Source of the DNA: a virus
Strand: one strand, 5' to 3'
Virus record (IMG/VR): IMGVR_UViG_3300020048_000024
Span: 95,890-159,889 of that record
DNA length: 64,000 nucleotides
This document shows, piece after piece, positions 27,540 to 36,372 of this stretch (positions within the stretch are counted from its first letter, which is position 1; each line of letters begins with the position of its first letter). The position numbers were made by a program, and so were the translations under genes. The notes under the pieces were generated by a model. The model searched no databases, had not been told where the DNA came from, and saw only the letters and a list, made by a program, of their open reading frames with translations.

Positions 27540-27676
27540 TATACTAAGAATTCCACTTAGTATATTAATCGTGAAGAATTCCACTACGCGAACTTAGGAG
27601 TATTCCACTCTGAATCGGATGACACACTCAATGTCTTGAATAGTTTAAGCGACACTATGGTTCGACAAGTCGCTTA
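27540..27676. ncRNA. candidate structured RNA: three hairpins with (A/T)ATTCCA loops plus a fourth hairpin
   Basis: TATACTAAG-AATTCCA-CTTAGTATA; CGTGAAG-AATTCCA-CTACG; GGAG-TATTCCA-CTCT; TAAGCGAC..GTCGCTTA. Confidence 0.5.
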
Positions 27677-27703
27677 CTGAATAAAAATTAATGGAACTTA
27701 AAC

Positions 27704-27913
27704 ATGAAACATAGTCTTGTTAAATTTAAAGACGGTACATTCGGTGTCATGAAGAGATATATATGGCTTTCTCGGGAAGAATTTTTAGGCGTAGACAATC
27801 ATGAATGGTGGTCTATGCCTTATATGATAGTTAAATATTGCAAATTCAAAACTCAAGAAGAAGCTGAAGCTGCCATACTTTGTATAGACATTAGTTATAC
27901 GGTGATTAAATGA
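27704..27913 (+). CDS. hypothetical protein
   Basis: ORF; GGA SD. Confidence 0.7.
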   Translation: MKHSLVKFKDGTFGVMKRYIWLSREEFLGVDNHEWWSMPYMIVKYCKFKTQEEAEAAILCIDISYTVIK

Positions 27914-28140
27914 ACGAACGAATTCGAGAACTTGCTGACAAGGCTACTACAAAATTCTTTAACGAAGACGGTAGCGGATTTCGTACATTCAGTCGTGAAA
28001 AGTTTGCAGAGTTGATTGTTCTGGAATGTGCAGGAGTTTGTTTAGAAAGAGCATCTCAATATCAAGTCAATCATCTTATAACTGATGAAGCGATATTTTG
28101 TTCGATTCGGATTAAACAACATTTCGGAGTAGAAGAATGA
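27910..28140 (+). CDS. hypothetical protein (paralog of 57792-58001)
   Basis: MNERI.EL...EKFA..I..ECA..C...IK..FGVEE. Confidence 0.8.
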   Translation: MNERIRELADKATTKFFNEDGSGFRTFSREKFAELIVLECAGVCLERASQYQVNHLITDEAIFCSIRIKQHFGVEE

Positions 28141-28436
28141 AAAGATTTACAGCATATAGAAAGAGTATCTCCGAGAGAGATACACACAATCATTTTCAGA
28201 AAAATGAAGATCATGAGCCTCAGTTTGAGGGCGTAATTTGGACTGATGGTACAGTTACTCTTAGATGGTTAACTACTTGTTCTTCTCATTCTGTGTGGAG
28301 CAATATCGAGGACTGTCTTAATATTCACGGTCATCCAGAATATGGAACTGAAATTATCTGGCATGATAGTGATCCACCAGAAGCATGGAACAAACAATTA
28401 TTAAACGCTTTGAGTATCGAGAACAATAAAAAATGA
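28137..28436 (+). CDS. hypothetical phage protein
   Basis: EGV.WTDG...LRW...S.S.W...IHGH motif. Confidence 0.75.
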   Translation: MKRFTAYRKSISERDTHNHFQKNEDHEPQFEGVIWTDGTVTLRWLTTCSSHSVWSNIEDCLNIHGHPEYGTEIIWHDSDPPEAWNKQLLNALSIENNKK

Positions 28437-28699
28437 GTTCATTTTATGGTGGTTTGAATGGTGACGGATTCTTCGGTGAAGAATATCGTGATGATTGGGA
28501 ACAGGGTGAGTGGAGCAGTGGCCGAAGTCGCTGGCGTTCCAATCAGACATTTTATAATCACAGTGTATCTAGATCAATCAAGTGTAGGATTTGTGGATGT
28601 GAGAATTTAAAGTGGTTAAAAACTTCAAATGGTTGGAGAACATCATACAGTAGTGGGCTGTTAGCAGGTAAAGTACACGCTTGTGGAGGCGAAATATGA
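28433..28699 (+). CDS. zinc-ribbon hypothetical protein
   Basis: CRICG..L.W....GW...HAC. Confidence 0.7.
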   Translation: MSSFYGGLNGDGFFGEEYRDDWEQGEWSSGRSRWRSNQTFYNHSVSRSIKCRICGCENLKWLKTSNGWRTSYSSGLLAGKVHACGGEI

Positions 28700-28974
28700 A
28701 CGAACAAACTAGAGAGGCACTACTCATTCTACAAGAAGAATGTAGTGAAGTGATTCAAGCTACCAGTAAATGCTTTAGATTTGGCATTAATGGTATGTAT
28801 TTACAAGAGTCTAACAGAGATAGACTTGAACAAGAACTAGGCGATGTATTGGCAATGATTGACATTTTAACTAGTCAATTTGAAATTTCATCTGATAGAC
28901 TATTAGAAGCCAAAAAACGTAAATTCAAAAAGCTCAGTCAATGGAGCACACTCGATCTTAAAGATATGGAATAA
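28696..28974 (+). CDS. MazG-like nucleotide pyrophosphohydrolase
   Basis: QEECSEVIQA.SK..RFG, LEQELGDV. Confidence 0.85.
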   Translation: MNEQTREALLILQEECSEVIQATSKCFRFGINGMYLQESNRDRLEQELGDVLAMIDILTSQFEISSDRLLEAKKRKFKKLSQWSTLDLKDME

Positions 28975-28976
28975 TC

Positions 28977-29291
28977 ATGGAAATTTTATTATTAGTACTT
29001 TGTGCTGTTGCTTCATTCGCAGCAGGTTGGTATAGTAATCAACATGTTATGTTAGGTGCACTCACTGAGATGATTCAAGAAAACATTGTAGTATTGACAT
29101 ATGAGGTAGAATCAGATCAACATTTTCTATATTATAAAGAAGATGGATCATTTGCAAGTCAGGGAAATACATTAGAAGAAGTAGCAATCAACTTCAATCG
29201 TGATAACAAGGGCATTATCGGTCGAGTTATTCCTAGCACAGGAGCAGAATTCTTCATCGTAGATGGCATCATTGAGTCTGGAGTAGAATGA
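28977..29291 (+). CDS. membrane-anchored hypothetical protein
   Basis: N-terminal TM helix; F..QG.TLEE motif. Confidence 0.75.
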   Translation: MEILLLVLCAVASFAAGWYSNQHVMLGALTEMIQENIVVLTYEVESDQHFLYYKEDGSFASQGNTLEEVAINFNRDNKGIIGRVIPSTGAEFFIVDGIIESGVE

Positions 29292-29374
29292 TGAGCCTAG
29301 GCTCAACGGCGCTAGGTTCAACTGTACAGTATTTGCCAGCCTATGAAATGTGGGCAAGTTTCGCCAGTGAAGAC

Positions 29375-29578
29375 ATGATTATGCAGTATCACACTATTAC
29401 ACAAGAGCAACTCGAAGAATTTCAATATTACTATATATTTGATGTATTAAAAGGTTATAGATACGGCGAGGCATTTTGTAGAAAATTTAATATTTCTAAT
29501 GCCAGTCCACTATACTATTTTAAAGGTCAAGAAACTTGTGATCGCTGGATTCGAGACAACTATTTGGTGAAAGAATGA
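29375..29578 (+). CDS. hypothetical protein (start uncertain)
   Basis: RYGEAFC.KF motif; ATGA overlap with next gene. Confidence 0.65.
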   Translation: MIMQYHTITQEQLEEFQYYYIFDVLKGYRYGEAFCRKFNISNASPLYYFKGQETCDRWIRDNYLVKE

Positions 29579-30084
29579 AAGATAAATTTGTAGATTTGTA
29601 TATGAAACTGGCTCAAGATGTTAGCCAATTGAGCTACGCACGTAGACTTAAAGTAGGCACAGTTATCGTCAAAGATAATATAGTAACATATGGGTATAAT
29701 GGTACACCAAGTGGATGGGATAATAACTGTGAGTTTCATGAGTATGCGGACAAATATGAAAAATATGATGTTGTTAGCTTTGATTTTCCGTTAAACGACT
29801 CTGATCCGTTATCTGATGATGGATATGGTAGAGATACATGGTATCGATTAAAAACAAAACCAGAAGTATTGCATTCAGAGGCAAACGCTTTAATGAAAAT
29901 TGCTAAGTCTACCATTAACAGCGAGGGTGCAACACTATTTTGTACACATTCATCGTGTATTGATTGTGCTAAGATGATTTATCAAGCAGGCATTTTTACA
30001 GTATATTACAGAGATGAATACAAAAGTACTGATGGTATAGAGTTTCTTGAAAAAAGCGGAGTTGATGTTAAACGATACAAATAG
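29575..30084 (+). CDS. dCMP deaminase
   Basis: KVG.VIVKD, GYNGTP, HSEANA, CIDCAK. Confidence 0.92.
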   Translation: MKDKFVDLYMKLAQDVSQLSYARRLKVGTVIVKDNIVTYGYNGTPSGWDNNCEFHEYADKYEKYDVVSFDFPLNDSDPLSDDGYGRDTWYRLKTKPEVLHSEANALMKIAKSTINSEGATLFCTHSSCIDCAKMIYQAGIFTVYYRDEYKSTDGIEFLEKSGVDVKRYK

Positions 30085-30286
30085 TATTTCACTGTACATA
30101 AGTTTTGGTGAACTAAAGAATGTAATTAGTTGGTGTCAAAATAATTGTCAATCTGATTGGACGTTTGATTATGACGGGCATTCATCAGAAGAACTTCTTC
30201 GAACTCCGGACTCACATGGTAGTAACTATGCATTCAAATTCGATAATGAAGAAGATGTGACATTGTTTATATTAAAATGGAAATAA
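30065..30286 (+). CDS. 'FxLRW' family member
   Basis: SWCQNNC..DW...FKFDNEEDVTLFILKWK. Confidence 0.75.
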   Translation: MLNDTNSISLYISFGELKNVISWCQNNCQSDWTFDYDGHSSEELLRTPDSHGSNYAFKFDNEEDVTLFILKWK

Positions 30287-30310
30287 AAAGGGAACTTAGT
30301 TCCCTTTTTT
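30285..30310. terminator. bidirectional terminator
   Basis: AAAAAGGGAAC-TTA-GTTCCCTTTTTT between convergent genes. Confidence 0.85.
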
Positions 30311-30319
30311 ATTGACTGT

Positions 30320-32197
30320 TTACTTAGTTTCGGTAAATTCAGCATCTACTACTGGCTCATCTTTTGGGGCATTTTCTTTTGCCATCTTCTTTTCCATTAA
30401 CGGTCCAATCGCGGCGTACAATTCATCTACTGACTTAGTAATTGCTTCTGAATCTTCACCTGTAAGCTTAGATTCAACTGATTCGATTGCTGTATTGATA
30501 GCAGTCTTCTCATCTTCGCTCAACGACTCACCATGCTCTTTCAGATCACGCTTGAATTCATGAACTGCGCTTTCAGCACGATTACGAGCTTCGATCAATG
30601 TTCTAGTTTGTTTATCGCTTTCAGCATTTTCTTCAGCTTCACGTATCATTTTTTCAATCTCAGCTTCGCTTAGACCAGAATTCGATTTAATGGTGATCTT
30701 ATTCTCTTTGCCTGTAGCTTTGTCTGCTGCTTTGATATGCATAATACCATTGGCATCGATATCAAATGACACTTCAATTTGAGGTGCTCCTCGTCTTGCT
30801 GGTGGAATACCCTCAAGATTAAACTCACCCAATTGTTTATTGTACTGAACCAATTCACGTTCGCCCTGAAAAGCCTTGATAGTTACAGCCGGTTGATTAT
30901 CTTCAGCAGTAGAGAATACTTGACTTGCCTTGGTAGGAATAGTTGTATTCTTCTGAATAAGCTTAGTCATTACGCCACCCATTGTTTCGATACCTAACGA
31001 CAGCGGTGTCACGTCTAGTAGTAACACATCAGTACGATCACCAGCAAGCACTGCGCCTTGTATGGCAGCACCAGCAGCTACCGCCTCATCTGGGTTAACA
31101 TCTTTACGAGGAGTTTTGTTGAAAAGCTTCTCTACAGCTTCCTGTACCTTAGGCATACGAGTCTGTCCACCGACTAAAATAACTTCGTCGATATCACTTG
31201 CTGATAATTTTGCATCTTTCAATGCAACTTTACAGGGCTCAATGCTACGAGCAATCAAATCTTCTACCATGCTCTCAAGCTTAGAACGTGTGATAATGAT
31301 GTTCATATGACGTGGACCACTAGCATCGGCAGTGATATATGGAAGATTAACCGCAGTTTGTTGAGCAGAAGACAATTCAATCTTAGCTTTTTCTGCTGCA
31401 TCTTTAAGTCTTTGAAGTGCTAATACGTCATTCTTCAAATCAACGCCGCTATCTTTCTTAAATTCTTCAACTAAGTGATCCATAATACGTTGGTCAAAAT
31501 CTTCTCCGCCTAAGAATGTATCACCGTTGGTACTTAATACTTCGATTTGTTTATCGCCTTCGACATTCGCGATTTCAATGATTGACACGTCGAATGTACC
31601 ACCACCCAAGTCGTAAACAGCAATTTTCCTATCAGCTTTATCATTTTTATCGACCCCATACGCAAGAGCAGCAGCAGTAGGTTCATTAATAATGCGAAGT
31701 ACTTCCAAGCCTGCGATTTTACCAGCATCCTTAGTTGCTTGTCTTTGACTGTCGTTAAAGTACGCAGGAACTGTGATAACTGCTTGAGTAACTTCATGCC
31801 CTAAATAATCCTCTGCTGTCTTTTTCATTTTTCTAAGAACTTCAGCACTAATTTGTGGTGGCGCTAGTTCTTTGTCATCTACACGAACCCATGCATCGCC
31901 ATTCTTAGCTTCCATGATTGTAAATGGCATCATATCGATGTCTTTTTGCACTGCCTGTTCTTTAAATTTACGACCAATCAGTCTTTTAGCTGCATAAATT
32001 GTATTTTTTGGATTGGTTACTGCTTGGCGCTTAGCACTAGCACCGACTAAAATTTCGTCGTTAGTGTATGCGATGATTGATGGTGTTGTACGAGTGCCTT
32101 CGCTATTTTCTAGAACTTTGGCAACTCCGTTTTCTACGATTGCAACTGCTGAGTTGGTGGTTCCCAAGTCAATACCTATTACTGATGATTTGCTCAT
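30320..32197 (-). CDS. dnaK: Hsp70 chaperone DnaK
   Basis: [40 protein letters not shown]-terminal VVDAEF. Confidence 0.98.
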   Translation of the reverse strand: MSKSSVIGIDLGTTNSAVAIVENGVAKVLENSEGTRTTPSIIAYTNDEILVGASAKRQAVTNPKNTIYAAKRLIGRKFKEQAVQKDIDMMPFTIMEAKNGDAWVRVDDKELAPPQISAEVLRKMKKTAEDYLGHEVTQAVITVPAYFNDSQRQATKDAGKIAGLEVLRIINEPTAAALAYGVDKNDKADRKIAVYDLGGGTFDVSIIEIANVEGDKQIEVLSTNGDTFLGGEDFDQRIMDHLVEEFKKDSGVDLKNDVLALQRLKDAAEKAKIELSSAQQTAVNLPYITADASGPRHMNIIITRSKLESMVEDLIARSIEPCKVALKDAKLSASDIDEVILVGGQTRMPKVQEAVEKLFNKTPRKDVNPDEAVAAGAAIQGAVLAGDRTDVLLLDVTPLSLGIETMGGVMTKLIQKNTTIPTKASQVFSTAEDNQPAVTIKAFQGERELVQYNKQLGEFNLEGIPPARRGAPQIEVSFDIDANGIMHIKAADKATGKENKITIKSNSGLSEAEIEKMIREAEENAESDKQTRTLIEARNRAESAVHEFKRDLKEHGESLSEDEKTAINTAIESVESKLTGEDSEAITKSVDELYAAIGPLMEKKMAKENAPKDEPVVDAEFTETK

Positions 32198-32263
32198 GAT
32201 TATCTCCTTTAAGTAAGCAAGAATGTACGTAGACCTCTATCGAGCATCTACATAATTATTTAT
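32198..32263 (-). promoter_or_regulatory. late promoter plus structured 5' leader of dnaK
   Basis: ATAAATA (32257-32263); hairpin TGTAGA-TG-CTC-GATA-GAG-G-TCTACG; AAGGAG SD. Confidence 0.7.
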
Positions 32264-32307
32264 CATTGTTACTAATTGTTTTGAATTTATCTTATTAAGA
32301 CAAAATG

Positions 32308-32314
32308 ATAAATA
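32308..32314 (+). promoter_or_regulatory. late promoter motif ATAAATA (also at 25667, 37995, 42137, 48605, 48830, 49667, 50175 and minus 54342-54348)
   Basis: matches core of T4 late consensus TATAAATA; recurs before late-type genes. Confidence 0.75.
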
Positions 32315-32320
32315 CTAATT

Positions 32321-34357
32321 ATGAAGATAACCGACATCATTTCTGAAAGTTCTAATAAAAGTACATGGGAACATTATCCATTAGATAAAGACACCATTAC
32401 TGGCTGGGGAAAATCACCCCGTGGCGGTCCTGGTGGATTTAAACCATCTAAATGGCAAGATAGAATGAGATGGGATCAAAATGATAAACAAGATTGGGAA
32501 AAATCATTTCCCAAAGACAAGCCAAAAGAAGTAGACGAGGGCGGAATATATAATCCTAATGGTAAAACATTTAGAGGGTCTGGTAACCCAATGCCACAGT
32601 TTGATCCCAACGATGCAATGATGCAAGGGGATTATGATCAGCTCAATACAGTTACTGCAACTGATCAAGGTGGAATTGATAAAGTTGAAAGTGATATTGA
32701 TAAAAATCGTCTTAAAGATATTATTCGTTCAGGTATGAAAATTTTAACTCCAGAAGAAAGAGAAGTATTAAATCTTAGATATTGGCACGATCTTGATCAT
32801 AATAAAGTTGGCAAAAAAATAGGATTAAATACGGACAAGGTTTGGAAAATAGAAGCTAAAGCACTAAGAAAATTACATGATCAGTCTAATGCTCCTGAAA
32901 TACGTCGATATATGGACCCGACTTTTAAACCTAAGCCGGCACCAATGGCCATCGGCAATGTAGTAAAATCTTTATCAACCACCAATGGACCTAAAGTTGG
33001 TTCATACTATGAAATGGGATTTAAGGATGCTATAAATGGCACAAAGTCAATGACTCGTCATAATGCTATGTCATCTGACGAAACTTGGGATCAACGCAGT
33101 CAATATGACGCAGGATATGAGTCTGGAAAAAGAAAAATAAAAAGCAGCAAAGTCAGAGAATCACTCAGCCCATTTAACGATGATCACAGTGAACTAGATC
33201 AATATGTCAAAGAAGAATTCAACAGAGAATTAGATGAAGTAAAATTCGATCCAAGTCGTCGTGGCTTCTTAAAGAAAGCTGGAGCTGTTGCTGCTAGTGC
33301 TGCTATGCCTAAGGGATTAGCCGGCGCTGCTATGAAAGCTGTTACGCCCTCTGCTACCAGTATAATATCAGTTCCTTTTGCTGGATTATCTGCAATAGAT
33401 TTAGATGATATTATTAATCTTCTTGATAGCGCAGAAGCAAAGAACATGAGACCCGGTCATGATCCATATGATCTAGATATTATGAAATCCATAGCCCAAG
33501 ATGCTGCTCGTGAGAGTTGGGGAAATGCATGGTTTATGAATGGAAATTCTGCTAAATCTTTTATTGATGCAGTTGAGCTAGGCAGAAAGAATGGTATGTC
33601 TGATGTAGATATTATAGATATTCTTAAGTCTACAGCCACTAATCTATATGCAGATGAACTGGAGCAACTAAAACCTGAAGATAAGAGAGAAGTACAATCA
33701 CGATCATTGAGAAATCCAAACATACCAAAAAATTCAGAATTAGCTTCCAGTGACGCTGACTTAGAAAAAGTAAGCTCGGATTGGGCAAAGCACTCATTAA
33801 ACCCATTAAATAAAACATCAGATACACCCTCTAGATTGAGTTCATTGGCTCGTGCTGCCGGAGCACAAATTGGCCGCACTATGTCAAACGTAGGCAAGGC
33901 AACAGCCAATACGATACTAAATCAACCAGCTAAAGACATGGGTAAAATTGAACCTACAATGTCACCAATAGCATTACCGGCTCCTACTAAGTCTGGTTTT
34001 AAAATACCACCAATTTTTAAATCATCGGTCAGACAAGCTGCAAAACAATATGTTGATAAAAACGTCGATGATGTAAAATCACACGTATCTAATTTTTATA
34101 ACAACCCAGATGAGCCATCAATTTTTACTGACAAACCATCAGTCAGACAAGCTGCAAAACAATATGTTGATAAAAACGTTGATGATGTAAAATCACACGT
34201 ATCTAATTTTTATAACAACTCAGATGAATCACCGACTTCTACCGTAAATCCCGGTATGCAAATTCCTAAACAAAAGTCAAAAGTATCAGTGTCTAAAAAA
34301 GACGATGAAGACGATAAAGAACTTGAAAGATTGAAAGAAATGATTAGAAGATCATAA
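32321..34357 (+). CDS. modular putative internal head protein: sigma70 region-4-like domain, internal Tat-like signal, repeats
   Basis: leader MKITDIISE; LTPEEREVL.LRY...IEAKALRKL; SRRGFLKKAGAVAASAA. Confidence 0.75.
   Translation: MKITDIISESSNKSTWEHYPLDKDTITGWGKSPRGGPGGFKPSKWQDRMRWDQNDKQDWEKSFPKDKPKEVDEGGIYNPNGKTFRGSGNPMPQFDPNDAMMQGDYDQLNTVTATDQGGIDKVESDIDKNRLKDIIRSGMKILTPEEREVLNLRYWHDLDHNKVGKKIGLNTDKVWKIEAKALRKLHDQSNAPEIRRYMDPTFKPKPAPMAIGNVVKSLSTTNGPKVGSYYEMGFKDAINGTKSMTRHNAMSSDETWDQRSQYDAGYESGKRKIKSSKVRESLSPFNDDHSELDQYVKEEFNRELDEVKFDPSRRGFLKKAGAVAASAAMPKGLAGAAMKAVTPSATSIISVPFAGLSAIDLDDIINLLDSAEAKNMRPGHDPYDLDIMKSIAQDAARESWGNAWFMNGNSAKSFIDAVELGRKNGMSDVDIIDILKSTATNLYADELEQLKPEDKREVQSRSLRNPNIPKNSELASSDADLEKVSSDWAKHSLNPLNKTSDTPSRLSSLARAAGAQIGRTMSNVGKATANTILNQPAKDMGKIEPTMSPIALPAPTKSGFKIPPIFKSSVRQAAKQYVDKNVDDVKSHVSNFYNNPDEPSIFTDKPSVRQAAKQYVDKNVDDVKSHVSNFYNNSDESPTSTVNPGMQIPKQKSKVSVSKKDDEDDKELERLKEMIRRS
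34023..34227 (+). repeat. internal direct repeat (about 90 bp, period 114 bp)
   Basis: SVRQAAKQYVDKNVDDVKSHVSNFYNN[P/S]DE twice, near-identical DNA. Confidence 0.9.
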
Positions 34358-34993
34358 ATGAAATCACATGAATTTATCTTGAAAGAAACACAACTAGATG
34401 AACTAATTAGTATTAGACCTCAGTTGAAAAAGAAAATAAACCCGACTCAACCTATAGGTGCGCCGGGAAAACGTGGCGGTGATTGGTTTGATATATTAAT
34501 TGGATATGGATTCGGTCCTATAGGCAATGGTGCGTTCGGGACAGTGTGGGATCATCCTAAATTTTCTTATGTACTCAAAATTTTTAAATCTAACGACGAA
34601 GCTTACAGAAGTTGGGTTAAAGTTTGTATGAATCATAAAAATAATCCGCATTTCCCTAAATTCGTTAGTACTAAAGTATGGTCGGTTACTCCCATAGTAT
34701 CGGCAATTAGAATGGAAAAATTAAGTCCATATTCAAGCGGAGACTACATAGGATTTTCGACAGTAATAAATAGACTTTCTATTTCAGATATAGTCAACCC
34801 AAATTACGAATGGAATGATGCTTATGGAAAGCCCTCACAATGGGATGAATACTGCTCTACCCACCCATTATGGATTCCAGCTCTAAAAATAACAGATGAA
34901 TTTATAACTTCTTATGGATATGCAAAAGATATACACACGGGAAATTTTATGATGCGTGGCGATGATATTGTTATAACTGATCCGGTGGTATAA
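34358..34993 (+). CDS. protein kinase, T7 gp0.7-like
   Basis: GNGAFGTVWDHP..YVLKI, MEKL, DIHTGNFM, ITDPV; leader MKSHEFILKE. Confidence 0.85.
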   Translation: MKSHEFILKETQLDELISIRPQLKKKINPTQPIGAPGKRGGDWFDILIGYGFGPIGNGAFGTVWDHPKFSYVLKIFKSNDEAYRSWVKVCMNHKNNPHFPKFVSTKVWSVTPIVSAIRMEKLSPYSSGDYIGFSTVINRLSISDIVNPNYEWNDAYGKPSQWDEYCSTHPLWIPALKITDEFITSYGYAKDIHTGNFMMRGDDIVITDPVV

Positions 34994-34997
34994 AAAT

Positions 34998-35390
34998 ATG
35001 AGAGCAAAAGAATTCATCGTAGAAGATTTTTCAAAAGATACTGAGGCAGAACAAGTATCTAAAGCGATGCCTGCTACTTATGCCATTTCTAAATTACCAA
35101 ATAGTGATTTTTATAAACAATATAGATTCGGAGTAGCAATTGCTGCTGCTCGTAGCGAAGAAGCTAGAAAAAGCGAACCAGCTCCAACAATGGCGCCGGC
35201 GTCTATATGGGGTGAAAATGAAATCGTAGTAAGTTATGATTCTACTACGGCTGATGTTATTGACGCGGCTCTCAAAATAGTTGGATTAGCTCCAAAAGAT
35301 AAAAAATTAATTAGCACTAAAAAAAGCGAAGAAATGCCAACGGTGAATTATCAAAGCCCAGTTCAAGGATTTAAAGGATACGAGAGATAA
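34998..35390 (+). CDS. hypothetical protein with capsid-targeting-like leader
   Basis: MRAKEFIVE. Confidence 0.75.
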   Translation: MRAKEFIVEDFSKDTEAEQVSKAMPATYAISKLPNSDFYKQYRFGVAIAAARSEEARKSEPAPTMAPASIWGENEIVVSYDSTTADVIDAALKIVGLAPKDKKLISTKKSEEMPTVNYQSPVQGFKGYER

Positions 35391-35391
35391 A

Positions 35392-36045
35392 ATGTTTATA
35401 AACGAAATAACAGAATCTAGTCAAAATATATCACGAGGAATTCGTAGAGGACTAGTAGCATATAAAGATGATCGTAAAACTCAACTAGAAAAGCTTGCTG
35501 TAAAAAAAGCAATCAAGCATTGTCCCTATTATTTTGCATACGGTATGAATACCGATACAAAAAATATGATGGTACGAACTGGTGATAGCACTGATATGGG
35601 AGCAGCAACTTTACCCAGATTTCAGCTAGAGTTTAAAACTTACTGTGATGTGGTTCCTAGTAGTCAAAATGATGTCGTTGGAGTATTATGGGAAATGTCT
35701 GCTAATGGCCTACATCTATTAGATCAACGAGAAGGATATCCTACATTCTACGATAGAAAAGTTATGAGAATTAGAGGTCAAGATGGTATAACTTATCCAG
35801 CATGGGTATATTATATGACTGCTTCGTACTCAAAAGATGGACTCAAGCCCCCACCAAATAGTTATTGGGAAACAGTAAATAGAGGGTACAATGAACATGG
35901 GATTCCTACTGGTCAATTAGACGAAGCTTATAACAGAGCTTGGGACGAGTACGAAGAAAAGAATTACTATAAGCAATTAGACCTAAAAAAACAACAATCA
36001 AAATACAACGATCAATATGAGGATGATTACGATGGATATCTTTGA
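35392..36045 (+). CDS. gamma-glutamylcyclotransferase (GGCT/AIG2-like)
   Basis: YFAYGMN, V.GVLW, LDQREGYP..Y, AWVYYM, P...Y...V..GY; leader MFINEITE. Confidence 0.88.
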   Translation: MFINEITESSQNISRGIRRGLVAYKDDRKTQLEKLAVKKAIKHCPYYFAYGMNTDTKNMMVRTGDSTDMGAATLPRFQLEFKTYCDVVPSSQNDVVGVLWEMSANGLHLLDQREGYPTFYDRKVMRIRGQDGITYPAWVYYMTASYSKDGLKPPPNSYWETVNRGYNEHGIPTGQLDEAYNRAWDEYEEKNYYKQLDLKKQQSKYNDQYEDDYDGYL

Positions 36046-36370
36046 TATAATTAAAACAATAGAAAAAGATTGGGCAATTATAGTGGCAGTATTTGCTTTT
36101 GGTGGATTTTGGTGGCAAGGTAAAGCTTGGTTCGAAAAAATGTCTAAAACACTAGACGCTGTTGGAAAAGTTCACGACGATCAAAATGAAACAATGGCTG
36201 AACAAAATTCAATGTTAGATAAAATATTATTTAAAACTGAAAATTTAGAAATTAGAACTTCTAAAATAGAAGAATCAGTTGAACAAATTCACGATAAAGT
36301 TCATGAACAGGAGATCAAGTTAGCTGTTTTAGAAACTTCACATAATCGTGCTAGAACAGGTAAAATGTAA
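36032..36370 (+). CDS. TM plus coiled-coil protein (possible holin-like)
   Basis: N-terminal TM helix; heptad repeats; GAGG SD. Confidence 0.65.
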   Translation: MDIFDIIKTIEKDWAIIVAVFAFGGFWWQGKAWFEKMSKTLDAVGKVHDDQNETMAEQNSMLDKILFKTENLEIRTSKIEESVEQIHDKVHEQEIKLAVLETSHNRARTGKM

Positions 36371-36372
36371 AA

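Noticed and set aside
27540-27611. tRNA fragments or a CsrB/RsmZ-like sRNA
   Set aside because: No cloverleaf, T-loop or U33; minus-strand loops read GUGGAA, not ANGGA. Kept only as an unassigned RNA candidate.
13650-32197. Bacterial chromosome or prophage origin for the housekeeping-like genes
   Set aside because: They are interleaved with phage-type small ORFs, lack bacterial operon context (no tig, lon, dnaJ, iscS) and several use the phage late motif; no integrase seen.
30312-32216. Plus-strand ORFs inside dnaK, and similar antisense or alternate-frame ORFs inside polB, clpX, iscU, the fiber gene and the ligase
   Set aside because: Shadow ORFs of well-supported genes, with no RBS or recognisable motifs.
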